From positions 48,563 through 112,562 of IMG/VR virus record IMGVR_UViG_3300035183_000460: 64,000 nt of DNA; one strand, given 5' to 3'. The notes beneath the pieces are model-generated. The model worked only from the letters and a program-made list of their open reading frames with translations, was not told where the DNA came from and did no database searches. Positions 39,130-49,579 of the stretch are shown piece by piece (position 1 is the stretch's first letter; each line of letters starts with the position of its first letter). The position numbers and the translations under genes were made by a program. This DNA comes from a virus.

Positions 39130-40626
39130 ATGACTGCATATGTGCGACAAAATGCGCTCGATCAAGCTCTTGATATAGCAGGTTCTTTGTTGCAGTCAGA
39201 TACAAGAATCCTATCTAACGAGCCAGATGGTTATGGTGCCCCAGTTGCTGGACAATCAGGTACAGATGGATATGTATCAGCAGTTAACGCAGGTATTGCT
39301 ACTATAACCGGTTTAACTGGTATGACTGTGCAATCTGTAGGTAGATTTTTAACTTTGGTAGATAGCTCAAATTCTGGTAACACCGGAACATTTTTGATTG
39401 TTGGTTATAATTCAGCCACTTCTGTTAATATTTCTAATGCTAATGCAGTAGTTAATACTTCAAACCCAATAATTTGGACTGAAAGAAATCCATATACTTT
39501 AGAAGACGATCTTAATTTTGCTCGTACAGATCGAAGATTAATTAAAGGTACTTCAACATTTTATAGCGATATTCCAACTTATCAGCGTCCAACTGCTATT
39601 GGTACTAACGTTCCTGCCAATTTAACAAATATTTCTGGTAAGACTTTGGATGCTCATGCATGGATAGTTAATAGAGTTTTTCGTGCTGATACTGTTGCAG
39701 TTGGTGATGGTTACACTACAATTACTGCAACTGGACAGTTACAATATGCTGATGCCATAGATAGGACTGGTATCCCAATTTGGGACGGATTTGATGCTGG
39801 AAATTGGGCAGCTACTTATGTAGAAATTATTAATCCTGTAACAGAAAATTCTTTAATTGCAGTTGGCGGATCAGTTGATGGTTATAGAATTTTTGGACGT
39901 ACTCGTCAAGGAACAACTGGTGTTGAGCCAAATAGCGTAGAAATTGAGTTTAGAGCTGTTCCAATGGGTGCAGATATTTCAACATCTGTAGCTTATACTT
40001 GGGACGGTTATCAACCAACAGTAGTTGATTATTATTATCCTTATCGAGAGAGAGCAGATCAATTAACGGAAACTGCTTTTAGAACAACATTAATAAATGG
40101 TTTGTTTGCAGATTCCAATAATTCCACTAATACAAACAGTATTTTACAGATTCTTGGATCTATTTCTGGAGATACTTATCTTACCGGCTTAACAAATACT
40201 GGCATTTATTATCCATTTAATAATTTGCCTGATGCAACACCTTCAGTTACTGAAGCATTAAATACACTTAATGCACAAATTGGCAATCGTAATTATACTG
40301 GAAACATTTTAACTGATGGTTATACTATTACTGCTTCATTACAGCAATTAGCTGATGCAATAGCTTCTGCTAATTTTGTAAGAATTATTGAGCGCCTTAC
40401 ATCTGATATTGCTGCTAATACAGCACATACAATTCCTGGTGGAAATACATATACCCCTGATCCGACAAATAATGGACAGAATTTAATTGTATATACAAGA
40501 GGAATATTACGTGATCCTGGACCTGTAATTAATGGAAATGATTATGCTGAAACTAGCACAACTCAAATCACATTCTATACAAAACAAAAATCAGGAGATC
40601 ATATTAACTACTTTATTTACGCATAA
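39130..40626 (+). CDS. Abundant-looking virion structural protein, Thr/Gly/Asn-rich, with 6 DGY motifs
   Basis: 498 aa of beta-rich composition, followed by its own terminator. Confidence 0.65.
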   Translation: MTAYVRQNALDQALDIAGSLLQSDTRILSNEPDGYGAPVAGQSGTDGYVSAVNAGIATITGLTGMTVQSVGRFLTLVDSSNSGNTGTFLIVGYNSATSVNISNANAVVNTSNPIIWTERNPYTLEDDLNFARTDRRLIKGTSTFYSDIPTYQRPTAIGTNVPANLTNISGKTLDAHAWIVNRVFRADTVAVGDGYTTITATGQLQYADAIDRTGIPIWDGFDAGNWAATYVEIINPVTENSLIAVGGSVDGYRIFGRTRQGTTGVEPNSVEIEFRAVPMGADISTSVAYTWDGYQPTVVDYYYPYRERADQLTETAFRTTLINGLFADSNNSTNTNSILQILGSISGDTYLTGLTNTGIYYPFNNLPDATPSVTEALNTLNAQIGNRNYTGNILTDGYTITASLQQLADAIASANFVRIIERLTSDIAANTAHTIPGGNTYTPDPTNNGQNLIVYTRGILRDPGPVINGNDYAETSTTQITFYTKQKSGDHINYFIYA

Positions 40627-40634
40627 TAATTAAC

Positions 40635-40711
<77 letters not shown>

Positions 40712-40749
40712 GTAATAATATATACATATCTGATATATTAAAAAAAAAG

Positions 40750-40968
40750 ATGAATTTAAAAAATCCAGATTTAACTTATAAACAAGTTTTTTCTACAAAT
40801 TTGCAATGTTCTTCTGGACATATAGCTCCAATGAATTTTAAAATAGATGGTAATGAAGCGCCAACTAGATTTTTTGAAATTCATAAGGATACTATATATT
40901 TAGGAACTTTTTGTGAACCGTGTTTAATAATTGCAAATTATATAGCCAAATTACAAAAAAAGAGGTAA
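40750..40968 (+). CDS. Small putative Zn-binding protein
   Basis: CSSGH...CEPC. Confidence 0.55.
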   Translation: MNLKNPDLTYKQVFSTNLQCSSGHIAPMNFKIDGNEAPTRFFEIHKDTIYLGTFCEPCLIIANYIAKLQKKR

Positions 40969-40971
40969 GAA

Positions 40972-41382
40972 ATGGTATATGCTGATGAATTAGTTAAATT
41001 AAGAAAAAGAATGTTAGACGCTTTAAATTTAGGTGTTATTGATACTAATTCTAAGGATATATATGAAGCAACTTTAATTCAAATTATGAATGAAGCTGAG
41101 CGCCAACGGCAAACATGTGTAGCTAGAGCCGAGGATCTAAGACGTCAAGCGGCTATTGCCGATGGACAAGCAGCAGCATTTACTCAAGTTGGAAGTATTG
41201 TGTATAATGTTCTAAATGGATATATTATTGTTGCTGAAAGACAAAAAAGAGAAGAGCAAGAACGTGCTGCTGAAATGGAAGAAAAGCGTGCAGCCATGGA
41301 AGCAGCAGCGCAGAATAAATCTGCAGAAGAATTGGAAAATGATTCCACTATAGAAGTAACAAATAAACGTCGTAAAAAGTAA
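40972..41382 (+). CDS. Coiled-coil hypothetical protein (possibly an assembly chaperone)
   Basis: GAGG RBS, 136 aa, helical. Confidence 0.7.
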   Translation: MVYADELVKLRKRMLDALNLGVIDTNSKDIYEATLIQIMNEAERQRQTCVARAEDLRRQAAIADGQAAAFTQVGSIVYNVLNGYIIVAERQKREEQERAAEMEEKRAAMEAAAQNKSAEELENDSTIEVTNKRRKK

Positions 41383-41428
41383 TATTTTATTTAAAACATT
41401 CCATTCGATATTTTTGTATTATTATGAA

Positions 41429-42559
41429 ATGAATGGAATTCGTAAGGAAGATTTAGTTGATTTAGATATTATTGATGCATCTGAACTTGCTTCAGATGGT
41501 TATTCTGTTTATTTAACAACTACATTAGTTTCAACTACAAATGCCGGCAGTCTAGTTACTATTAATTTACCACAAGATGGTGAAGGGTTAATTACTGGTA
41601 AAGATCATCCATTATCACCAGGTGATAGAGTTTGGATAACCGGAACTTCCGGTGGTTTAGCCGATGGATATTATATTTGTAATAATGTAATTTCTGATAC
41701 AAGTTTTTCTGTAACATCTCCAATATTATCTTCTACTGGCGGTACAATATATTTTATGCATCCTGCAGGAGCATTTAATGTTGGATTTGATTTATCAAAT
41801 TATACAGCAATACATGTAACTCATAAAAATGTTCAAGAGGCTATTCAAGATTTAGATTTAGCTATTTCTGGATCTGGTGGAGGAATAACTGCATCTCAAC
41901 ATGAAACATTAAGGCAACTTATACATTTAGCAGATGGTGTTGGTGGACCATTTGAAGGATTTGCAACTAATGCATATCGTGAAGTTTTACCAATTAATTC
42001 GGCTTTTCCAACATCCATTATTTGGTGGAAAAATGCTGCTAAAACACATAAATATGTGGAAAAAACTATTACGTTTAATACAAATAAAACTCCAGCACTT
42101 ATTGAATGGAAAGTATATGGTACTGATGGATTTACTGTTTTAGCCACTGTCACAGATACGATAACTTATTCTGGTCCATTTGAATTATATAGAGTTCGTG
42201 GAATTATAGATAATACTATAGATTTTAGTAATCTAACAATAGAATCTCATAAATATGTTAGGCAGCTTATACATTTAGCAGATGGTGTTGGTGGACCGTT
42301 TGAAGGATTTACTTCTGGAGCGTACAGGGAAATATTGCCTATGGCTAGCCCATTTCCTACCTCTATTATTTGGTACGATAATAACACTAAAACTAAAAAA
42401 ATTGTTGAAAAAACAATTGTTTATAATACCAATAAAACCGTATCATTAATAACTTGGAAAGTATATGACATTGATGGAATTACTGTATTAGCAACAGTTT
42501 CTGATAATATGACATACTCAGGTATATTTGAAAATAATAGAACAAGATCGATAAGTTAA
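41429..42559 (+). CDS. Virion structural protein with a tandemly duplicated ~115-aa C-terminal domain
   Basis: RQLIHLADGVGGPFEGF...YRE.LP...FPTSIIW occurs twice. In-frame ATG 41429 is preferred as start. Confidence 0.7.
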   Translation: MNGIRKEDLVDLDIIDASELASDGYSVYLTTTLVSTTNAGSLVTINLPQDGEGLITGKDHPLSPGDRVWITGTSGGLADGYYICNNVISDTSFSVTSPILSSTGGTIYFMHPAGAFNVGFDLSNYTAIHVTHKNVQEAIQDLDLAISGSGGGITASQHETLRQLIHLADGVGGPFEGFATNAYREVLPINSAFPTSIIWWKNAAKTHKYVEKTITFNTNKTPALIEWKVYGTDGFTVLATVTDTITYSGPFELYRVRGIIDNTIDFSNLTIESHKYVRQLIHLADGVGGPFEGFTSGAYREILPMASPFPTSIIWYDNNTKTKKIVEKTIVYNTNKTVSLITWKVYDIDGITVLATVSDNMTYSGIFENNRTRSIS

Positions 42560-42572
42560 AGGTAAATGATAA

Positions 42573-43925
42573 ATGGCAACTGATTCTCCCGTAGCAATAT
42601 TATTTAATACTGATGGTTATGAAGTTAATGTCAGACCAAACGTTACAATACCATCCGGCACTAGCGCTATTATTGCTGGAGGTTCAGATTCAGGTACTGC
42701 AAGATTTTTATCTGTTGATTCTTCTGGTAGACCTATTATTTCAGGAGCTGGTACAGCAGGAACACCTATTGGCGGAGTTGTTACTGTTCAAGGAATTTCT
42801 GGAGGTGTAGCAATACCTATTTCTGGCACTGTTACAGCATCTAATCCATCAGTTGGCGCTAATGGATCACCTATACTAGGTTCTTCAACTCAAATTGGAG
42901 TTTCTGATGGAACTAATATTCAGGTGCCAAGATGTTATGATTTAGATACAGGAAGTGGAACTCAATATAATTTAGGAGTTAATTTAAGAATTTCTGCAAA
43001 TGGTGGATCAGTAGAATTTGGTACAAATACGAACCCTATTCGTATTGATCCAACAGGTACTACAACGCAACCAATTTCTGGTACAATTACAGCCAATGCA
43101 GGAACTGGAAATTTTAATACTAATATTTCTCAGTATGGTGGCACTAATGTAGGCGCAGGAAATGCGATTCATGTGCAACCTGGAACTGGAGCAACTTTTA
43201 ACATAGCTGGCACTGTATCTGCCACTCAATCTGGTATTTGGACAGTACAGCCAGGAAATACGGCAAATACTACTCCTTGGTTAACTACTATCAGTCAAGG
43301 TGGTAACTCTGCCGCTGTAAAACCAGCTTCTACGGCAGCTGTTTCAACTGATCCGGCTTTGGTAGTTGCAACATCTCCTAATAATACAACATTTATAAGA
43401 CATAAAGAATTTGCTACTTTTACCGCGTTAGCTACAAATGTTACTCTTGCTAGTAACAAATCACTATTATCAATTGGTAATGCTTCAGGTAGTACTGTTA
43501 AATGTAAAATTCTTGAAGTCTATATTATTAATGTTCAATTGGTTGCTGTCACTGGCGTTGTAGTTAATTTTGAATTGCGAAGAGCAACCTCTCATACAGC
43601 AGGCACTCAAATTACAGCAATTGAAACAATGGAAACAACAGATAGTCTTAATCCAAATATTACTGTTAGAACAAATGCAACTATTTCAGGTGAATCTTCT
43701 AATTTGCTTTGGCGTACACTATTTAGTTCTGATGAATGGGCTGCAGGAACATTAGACCTTGACGGTATGGATCATATAAATCAAGCACTGTTTCCAATTT
43801 ATAGTAGAAAAGATCCATCTACTAAACCAATAACATTAAATGCAAATGAAGCGTTAACTATCAAATGTGCAACAAATACGACAGTTGGTACTTTTGATGT
43901 ATTTGTTGTGTTTACTCAGGAATAA
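42573..43925 (+). CDS. Fibre-like virion structural protein
   Basis: 450 aa, G/T/S-rich, with PISGTVT and QPISGTIT fibre-type repeats. Confidence 0.65.
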   Translation: MATDSPVAILFNTDGYEVNVRPNVTIPSGTSAIIAGGSDSGTARFLSVDSSGRPIISGAGTAGTPIGGVVTVQGISGGVAIPISGTVTASNPSVGANGSPILGSSTQIGVSDGTNIQVPRCYDLDTGSGTQYNLGVNLRISANGGSVEFGTNTNPIRIDPTGTTTQPISGTITANAGTGNFNTNISQYGGTNVGAGNAIHVQPGTGATFNIAGTVSATQSGIWTVQPGNTANTTPWLTTISQGGNSAAVKPASTAAVSTDPALVVATSPNNTTFIRHKEFATFTALATNVTLASNKSLLSIGNASGSTVKCKILEVYIINVQLVAVTGVVVNFELRRATSHTAGTQITAIETMETTDSLNPNITVRTNATISGESSNLLWRTLFSSDEWAAGTLDLDGMDHINQALFPIYSRKDPSTKPITLNANEALTIKCATNTTVGTFDVFVVFTQE

Positions 43926-43930
43926 TTAAA

Positions 43931-44698
43931 ATGGTATCTTATAATGGTATAATAACGTTAAATGTATCTTGGTCTAGTTTAAAATCTATTGCTAGATCTA
44001 AAAATCTTAGTATTCAATACGAGCAAACTGAAAATGCTTATGAAATTTTTTGTTTAGATGGCAATGTTTGTTATAAGGCTATTATTTTTAAATTCTCTGT
44101 TCCTGATACAATTAATTTTAATCAAAGTACAAATGATGAAGACAAATTTGATTTTGAGACTAATTATAAAGATATTATTACTAATAAAAAAATTTCAGCA
44201 AATTATACTATTGCAACATACTCTGCTGTTGCTTTAAACTTTGCACCACCAACTACTCCAACTGATATTTTTACCATTTCTGGTAGTGATAGTAAGATAG
44301 TATATGTTAATAGAATAGTTATTACAGGAACTCAAAATTATGGTGCATTTAGAGACATTCTATTTATAAAAAGATCTACTAAAAATACTGGTGGTGCCTT
44401 TACTATATTAAAATCAATTCCATACGATTCTATTAGTCCTAATGCTACAGCGGAAGTTCGTGCATATACTGCAAATCCAATACTAGGAACCGCTATTGGA
44501 ACAATTTTTGCAGCTAAAGTTTTTATTCCTAGTAATAATGCTTTAGCATCACAAAATGATAAATATATAAATTTTGGTATAAATAATGGTAAACCGATTA
44601 TTCTTAGAGGTACAAGTGAACTACTTGCAGTAAACTTAAATTCTATTACAAGTCCTGGTAACTTAATAAGTATAAGCATTGAATGGACAGAGGAATAA
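43931..44698 (+). CDS. Virion protein; N-domain shared with 44700, C-domain similar to the C-terminus of 42573
   Basis: W..LK...L.IQ.E....Y.I...DG...NDEDK.DFE..Y, and KPIILRG..E.L...IEWTEE versus KPITLNANE.L...VVFTQE. Confidence 0.6.
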   Translation: MVSYNGIITLNVSWSSLKSIARSKNLSIQYEQTENAYEIFCLDGNVCYKAIIFKFSVPDTINFNQSTNDEDKFDFETNYKDIITNKKISANYTIATYSAVALNFAPPTTPTDIFTISGSDSKIVYVNRIVITGTQNYGAFRDILFIKRSTKNTGGAFTILKSIPYDSISPNATAEVRAYTANPILGTAIGTIFAAKVFIPSNNALASQNDKYINFGINNGKPIILRGTSELLAVNLNSITSPGNLISISIEWTEE

Positions 44699-44699
44699 T

Positions 44700-45875
44700 A
44701 TGCCTGTTGAATTTTCTAATAATCTGACAAAAAGACAATATGTTTGGAGTGAATTCAAAATACATCTTTCTGCAAGAAACGGCGCATTGCAATGTGAAAA
44801 ATTTTCAGATCATTATATGATTTGGTTTTATGATGGTCCAGAAGTGTTCATTTGTAATATTTGGATTGGACCTGTTCCACATGATATATCATTACAATGG
44901 AATTTAACACAAAAACAAAATGATGATGATAAAAAAGAATTTGAACAATATTATTTAAATACATGTAATTTGTCTATTTCTAAATTAGATAATACATCTA
45001 GATGTATAGTTGTTCCAGAACCAAGACTTGGTAATGAAGTAATTTATACTACTCACAATTTTTGTGATAAAGTAACTTGGTTTTCTACCAGTGAAAGAAT
45101 TAATGATGAAGTATTAACATCTAAAGATGGTCATGTATGGAAATCTGTTAATACTTATTGGATTGACATGATCTCAGGAAGAGTTCAAGATGATGATGGT
45201 TGGGTAGAACAACAAAGACAATTAAATCCGTCAGATCCTCATGGATACCAAGTTATTGTTAAAGTAGATGGAATTGAGAAAACAATGAGAGAACCATTTA
45301 TGGAAGATGGTGGTGATTACGAAGTTTTTTGGGAAGATGGCTACATCAAATCTTTTGAAGATTGGACAGGAAAAATTGTAACAGCGTCATATTCTAAAGC
45401 TATAGATAGCACATTTATTTTATCTCCATTGCCAGGTACCAAATTAAATATTGAGGCTGCCGAGGCAGATTTTACTACAGATGTAGAAATGTGTGATTCT
45501 ATTGAGTACAATATTTATGGTTATGCTAATATTTTTGCTCCAGAATTAGGACTGCCTGAAGGTACTAAAATTCCTCTTAAAAGAACTGTATACAAAAGAT
45601 TATCTCAAATTTTTAATGAAGCTATTGGTGCGTATCCATTGGTAGAAATTCATGGATCAAACCCTTATTATAATGCTATGAACAATAAAGATCGCAGAAA
45701 AGTTTCTCGTGGAATTTCTTCATATTTACAATCTATTCCATTTAGATATGGTACAATAAGACCACTTCAATCTAGCTTAGGTCTAGAAGTAAGAATAAAA
45801 TTAACTCATAATATAGAGTTTAAAGGAGATATGGCTGTATGTACTTTCTATTGTATATCAGAACCAGAAATTTAA
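44700..45875 (+). CDS. Virion protein, N-domain paralogue of 43931
   Basis: ATG 44700 with GAGGA RBS. WSEFK...LQCE...YMIWFYDG...NDDDKKEFEQYY. Confidence 0.65.
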   Translation: MPVEFSNNLTKRQYVWSEFKIHLSARNGALQCEKFSDHYMIWFYDGPEVFICNIWIGPVPHDISLQWNLTQKQNDDDKKEFEQYYLNTCNLSISKLDNTSRCIVVPEPRLGNEVIYTTHNFCDKVTWFSTSERINDEVLTSKDGHVWKSVNTYWIDMISGRVQDDDGWVEQQRQLNPSDPHGYQVIVKVDGIEKTMREPFMEDGGDYEVFWEDGYIKSFEDWTGKIVTASYSKAIDSTFILSPLPGTKLNIEAAEADFTTDVEMCDSIEYNIYGYANIFAPELGLPEGTKIPLKRTVYKRLSQIFNEAIGAYPLVEIHGSNPYYNAMNNKDRRKVSRGISSYLQSIPFRYGTIRPLQSSLGLEVRIKLTHNIEFKGDMAVCTFYCISEPEI

Positions 45876-45938
45876 TTAAATAATAAAGCATTATATTAAT
45901 ATTAATTCATTTAAATAACAATATGTGGAGTTGTATAT

Positions 45939-46802
45939 ATGAAAGCTCTTGTACTCAGTGGTGGCGGCTCTAAGGGAGCATATCAAGTTGGAGCTTTAAA
46001 ATATATTTTAGGGGAACTTAAAATATCCTATGACGCCTTTTGTGGAATTTCTGTTGGTGCTATTAATAGTGCTTTTCTTGGTCAATTTAAATATGGAGAA
46101 GAACAATTATCAATAAATGAATTATGTAAACTTTGGAGTAGAGTAGAAACCAACAAAATATATAAACGATGGTTTCCATTTGGAATTTTACACGGATTTT
46201 GGTTACCTAGTCTAAAAAATAGCCGTCCATTACTTAATTGGATAGAGTCAGAATTAGATATTAATAAAGTAAGAAATAGTGGTAAAATAGTTAAAGTTGG
46301 CGCCGTTTCTCTTAATACCGGAGAATATAAATTATTTGATCAAAATTATGCAGATTTTCATAAGGCTGTTGCAGCATCATCATCATTTCCTGGATATTTA
46401 ATACCAATTGAAATGGAAAATCAAATTTGGTCTGATGGTGGTGTTAAAGAAATAACACCATTACAAGCTGCTATTGATTTAGGGGCAGATGAAATAGATG
46501 TAATTATAACATCTCCGGAATATGATATATCCACTTTTGATAAAAAACCAAATGCTATTAATGTATTAAAAAGAACATTAGATTTAATGTCTGACGAGAT
46601 CATAGCTAATGATATTGATAAAGCCTTACTTTATAATAAATTAGTAAAAGCAAATGTGGCACCAGATAAGAGATATATTAAATTGAATATAATTAGACCA
46701 GAAAAAGTTTTAATTGATGATTCTTTAGATTTTAGCCCATCAAAAATAAAAGAAATGATGGATATTGGTTATTCTATGGCTAAATCTAAATATATATTAT
46801 AA
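45939..46802 (+). CDS. Patatin-like phospholipase
   Basis: VLSGGGSKGAYQVG, GISVG (GxSxG), ASSSFP and SDGG. Confidence 0.92.
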   Translation: MKALVLSGGGSKGAYQVGALKYILGELKISYDAFCGISVGAINSAFLGQFKYGEEQLSINELCKLWSRVETNKIYKRWFPFGILHGFWLPSLKNSRPLLNWIESELDINKVRNSGKIVKVGAVSLNTGEYKLFDQNYADFHKAVAASSSFPGYLIPIEMENQIWSDGGVKEITPLQAAIDLGADEIDVIITSPEYDISTFDKKPNAINVLKRTLDLMSDEIIANDIDKALLYNKLVKANVAPDKRYIKLNIIRPEKVLIDDSLDFSPSKIKEMMDIGYSMAKSKYIL

Positions 46803-46830
46803 TTATATTGCATATATTTGGAGCTAATTA

Positions 46831-47178
46831 ATGGTAGTATATACTAATATAGGTAAAAAAATACTTGGTAGAGATTTTAATTTTTTTCAAAAAAAAGCAA
46901 TTTCTAATACTACTTTTGGCACAGTGGTTGATGGATATAAGCCAGATATGATTATTACTGTTGCTACTAAATATGGAGGAGTAATATTTAATACAGAAGG
47001 AACTGGAACCAATACAGTTGAATATTCTTTTAATGGCAACACTGTTCACGGTGAATTGGTTCCTGGAACAAACAGAGCAACTTTATATTTTAGAAATAGA
47101 AATATTAGTATGATATGGTTTAGGGTTAAACAAGGAAGTTCTGGACCAATTACTGTAAGTGTTGAGGCTTGGGAATAA
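46831..47178 (+). CDS. Small beta-sandwich virion protein
   Basis: GGAG RBS, 115 aa, VEYSFNG and one DGY. Confidence 0.6.
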   Translation: MVVYTNIGKKILGRDFNFFQKKAISNTTFGTVVDGYKPDMIITVATKYGGVIFNTEGTGTNTVEYSFNGNTVHGELVPGTNRATLYFRNRNISMIWFRVKQGSSGPITVSVEAWE

Positions 47179-47199
47179 TATGACATATCTCATACATAT

Positions 47200-47514
47200 A
47201 TGAGAGTTAAAAAGTTAGTTAAGCATAAATGTGAAATAGAATCGTGCAATGTAACTGACCCTAAATTGTTACATTTTCATCATATAATTGAAAGAACAGA
47301 TATTAATACTACAAACCATACATATAATTTAGCAATTTTGTGTGCTAATTGTCATTCACTATGTCATACAGGACGATTAAATATTATCGGAGTTTATCCT
47401 GCAACAATACCACCTAATAATAGGATATTAATTTATGAGCTTGATGGTAAGAAAAATGTTGAAGAAATAAATGAACCTTATGTTAAGTTTAAGAATAAAT
47501 CATATAAAATATAG
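47200..47514 (+). CDS. Small HNH endonuclease
   Basis: C...C...HFHHII...NLAILCANCHSLCH. Confidence 0.85.
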   Translation: MRVKKLVKHKCEIESCNVTDPKLLHFHHIIERTDINTTNHTYNLAILCANCHSLCHTGRLNIIGVYPATIPPNNRILIYELDGKKNVEEINEPYVKFKNKSYKI

Positions 47515-47525
47515 AAGGAAAGTCT

Positions 47526-47759
47526 ATGTCTGATAATGAATTCATGGGTGAAGTTTGTTGGTTTAATGCCAGAAAAGGTTATGGTTTTATTTTATGGATG
47601 AAAGATGGAATAAAACAAAAAGATTTATTTGTTCATTTTTCTGATATTAATTGTGAAGGATTTAAAACACTTTATAAGGGACAAAAGGTTTCTTTTGGAA
47701 TAGGAACAAATAAAAAAGGTGATCCAAAAGCAATTAATGTTATTGTATTGAAAGATTGA
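47526..47759 (+). CDS. csp: Cold-shock domain protein
   Basis: GEVCWFNARKGYGFI (RNP1), DLFVHFSDI (RNP2) and EGFKTL..GQKVSF. Confidence 0.93.
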   Translation: MSDNEFMGEVCWFNARKGYGFILWMKDGIKQKDLFVHFSDINCEGFKTLYKGQKVSFGIGTNKKGDPKAINVIVLKD

Positions 47760-48050
47760 TTATTTTTTGGCAAATATTTGTATTAATTGAATAATTAATG
47801 ATATTAATCCACTAGCTAACAAAACTTCTATTTTTAATAGTTTTCTGTCATTTTCATCTATTCGTTCTTTAATTTTTTCTAATAGTTTTATTATTTCTTC
47901 ATCATTTTTCTTATTTTCTTCTAATCCCTCAATGATTTTTTCATTTTGATCAGATACTTCTAGTTGAACTTCAATAGTTTTTCTATTTACTTCAATAATA
48001 GTATCTAAATCAGATTTAGATAAGTTATCATCATCCTTCTTTGTAGCCAT
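47760..48050 (-). CDS. Coiled-coil protein with a C-terminal TM helix
   Basis: 96 aa, ending VLLASGLISLIIQLIQIF. Confidence 0.65.
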   Translation of the reverse strand: MATKKDDDNLSKSDLDTIIEVNRKTIEVQLEVSDQNEKIIEGLEENKKNDEEIIKLLEKIKERIDENDRKLLKIEVLLASGLISLIIQLIQIFAKK

Positions 48051-48059
48051 AATATTATG

Positions 48060-48218
48060 TTATTTATTTGACTGTCTAATTTTTCTTTTTTTTATTTTTT
48101 CTAAAATTATATCGCATTTATCATTTAAATTTTTATAAGTGATTTTTATGTTATCTTCTTTTTTGTCTTCCATATTTTCTTGCATTATAATTGTTGCACT
48201 ATCATTTATTGATGTCAT
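48060..48218 (-). CDS. Small 52-aa protein (not in the ORF track)
   Basis: AAGGA RBS. Reads MTSINDSATIIMQENMEDKKEDNIKITYKNLNDKCDIILEKIKKRKIRQSNK*. Fills the gap in the minus-strand trio. Confidence 0.6.
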   Translation of the reverse strand: MTSINDSATIIMQENMEDKKEDNIKITYKNLNDKCDIILEKIKKRKIRQSNK

Positions 48219-48247
48219 TAAATTTCCTTATTTAGTTTTGTGGTAAA

Positions 48248-48628
48248 TTATTGATCTAGATCTATTAGATCAGCATTTTCTTTTGCAAACTCTTCATCAG
48301 AAACCATTAATTCTTCATATTTTTCTTCCTTGATTTCTAGAACAGATCTTTCTCTACTTGGTATATTTGCATCAGACATATTTACAATATTCATTTTTAT
48401 AAATTCTGGTGGGAATGTTCTTTTAACTATTTTATCTCTCTTTCTAAATATAGATCCTGATGCTACCGATTTTTCTAATTGTTCTAATGTATAATTATAT
48501 TTTTTTCCCAATAAATTTACTGATGTAAAAGCTTTAATTGTTAAATTTAAATCTGCAAGACTAACGTCTCGATTTGATAAATTAGTTACCCAAAATTCTT
48601 TATTCGTTTTTTTCATGATCTTTAGCAA
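48248..48628 (-). CDS. Hypothetical protein
   Basis: 126 aa, FWVTNLSNRDVSLADLNL. Confidence 0.7.
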   Translation of the reverse strand: MLKIMKKTNKEFWVTNLSNRDVSLADLNLTIKAFTSVNLLGKKYNYTLEQLEKSVASGSIFRKRDKIVKRTFPPEFIKMNIVNMSDANIPSRERSVLEIKEEKYEELMVSDEEFAKENADLIDLDQ

Positions 48629-48885
48629 TAATACCTAACACTCATAGATGGCATATTAATTGCCACCACTTAATTATTTTGTTTTGTATTGTTTTTTATT
48701 TAATTTTATTTATTATATCTCAACAAAAATGACATAATAGTAATATGTTTAAATAACAAAATTTTTAACATTAGTCGTTTAATGTAGATTAAATTTAATG
48801 ATACTTACATACCATTAGCATTATATTTATGCTAGTTTTACAAACTTTGTTATTGATAAAATTGTAATATTATTACATATAGTGT

Positions 48886-49239
48886 ATGATTAGTTTTTTA
48901 CATTATACTCCTGGACAAGAGGTTACTATATATTTAGAAATATTAAATTCTGATGGTTATCGATTTGATGGCTATGTGGATGGTTATGCACCAGTCGTAA
49001 ACAGAATTATAAAACCAGATTTGTCTTTAATGACAGATGGATACTATCCTAAAACTATGTCTAAAATAGATATAGGATTGTATAGATATAAATTTACTTT
49101 ACCAACAGGTAGTGTCGCCGTAGGGTCATATTTAATAGATGTTTCATATAAAAGTTCCGTTACACTTCAATTAAAACAACAATTATATCAGATAATTGTA
49201 AATGCCCCATTTGGCAATTATGGGCTTATAACTGGGTAA
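48886..49239 (+). CDS. Small Ig-like virion protein with 4 DGY motifs
   Basis: SDGYRFDGYVDGYA and TDGYY. IGLYRYKF...GSYLIDVSY beta sandwich, similar to the N-domain of 49580. Confidence 0.7.
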   Translation: MISFLHYTPGQEVTIYLEILNSDGYRFDGYVDGYAPVVNRIIKPDLSLMTDGYYPKTMSKIDIGLYRYKFTLPTGSVAVGSYLIDVSYKSSVTLQLKQQLYQIIVNAPFGNYGLITG

Positions 49240-49327
49240 AATTTATATTTGTTTTTATATAAATATGAGATAAACAAATTTTTAAAATTTTTGAATATTT
49301 CTATATTGTATATGTTTGTTGATGGTA

Positions 49328-49380
49328 GTCAATTACCACCAGCACAAGGTTGGTAGTTTTCTTGTCATAATATCATAAAA
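49328..49380 (-). repeat. Dispersed ~50-bp hairpin element, copy C
   Basis: Reverse complement reads ttttatgatattatgacaagaaaactaccaaccttgtgctggtggtaattgac. Confidence 0.8.
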
Positions 49381-49579
49381 TACCGTTAAATAAGCTTAGT
49401 TCATTATCATATTTAAAAATATTTTCAGCACATATATAAGCACATTTAAAATATTTTTTTTTACATATCCTCACAAATCTCATATTCATATTCTAGCATT
49501 TTTGTAGAAAATATTTTTACATGATTGTTTGCTCATATGTAAGTGTATATCATCACATGTATATTTTAGGAGACGATCC

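Noticed and set aside
48949-48990. gatggttat-like strings as a DNA-level repeat or binding site
   Set aside because: They are always in the same reading frame with synonymous variation, so this was treated as the protein-level DGY motif instead.
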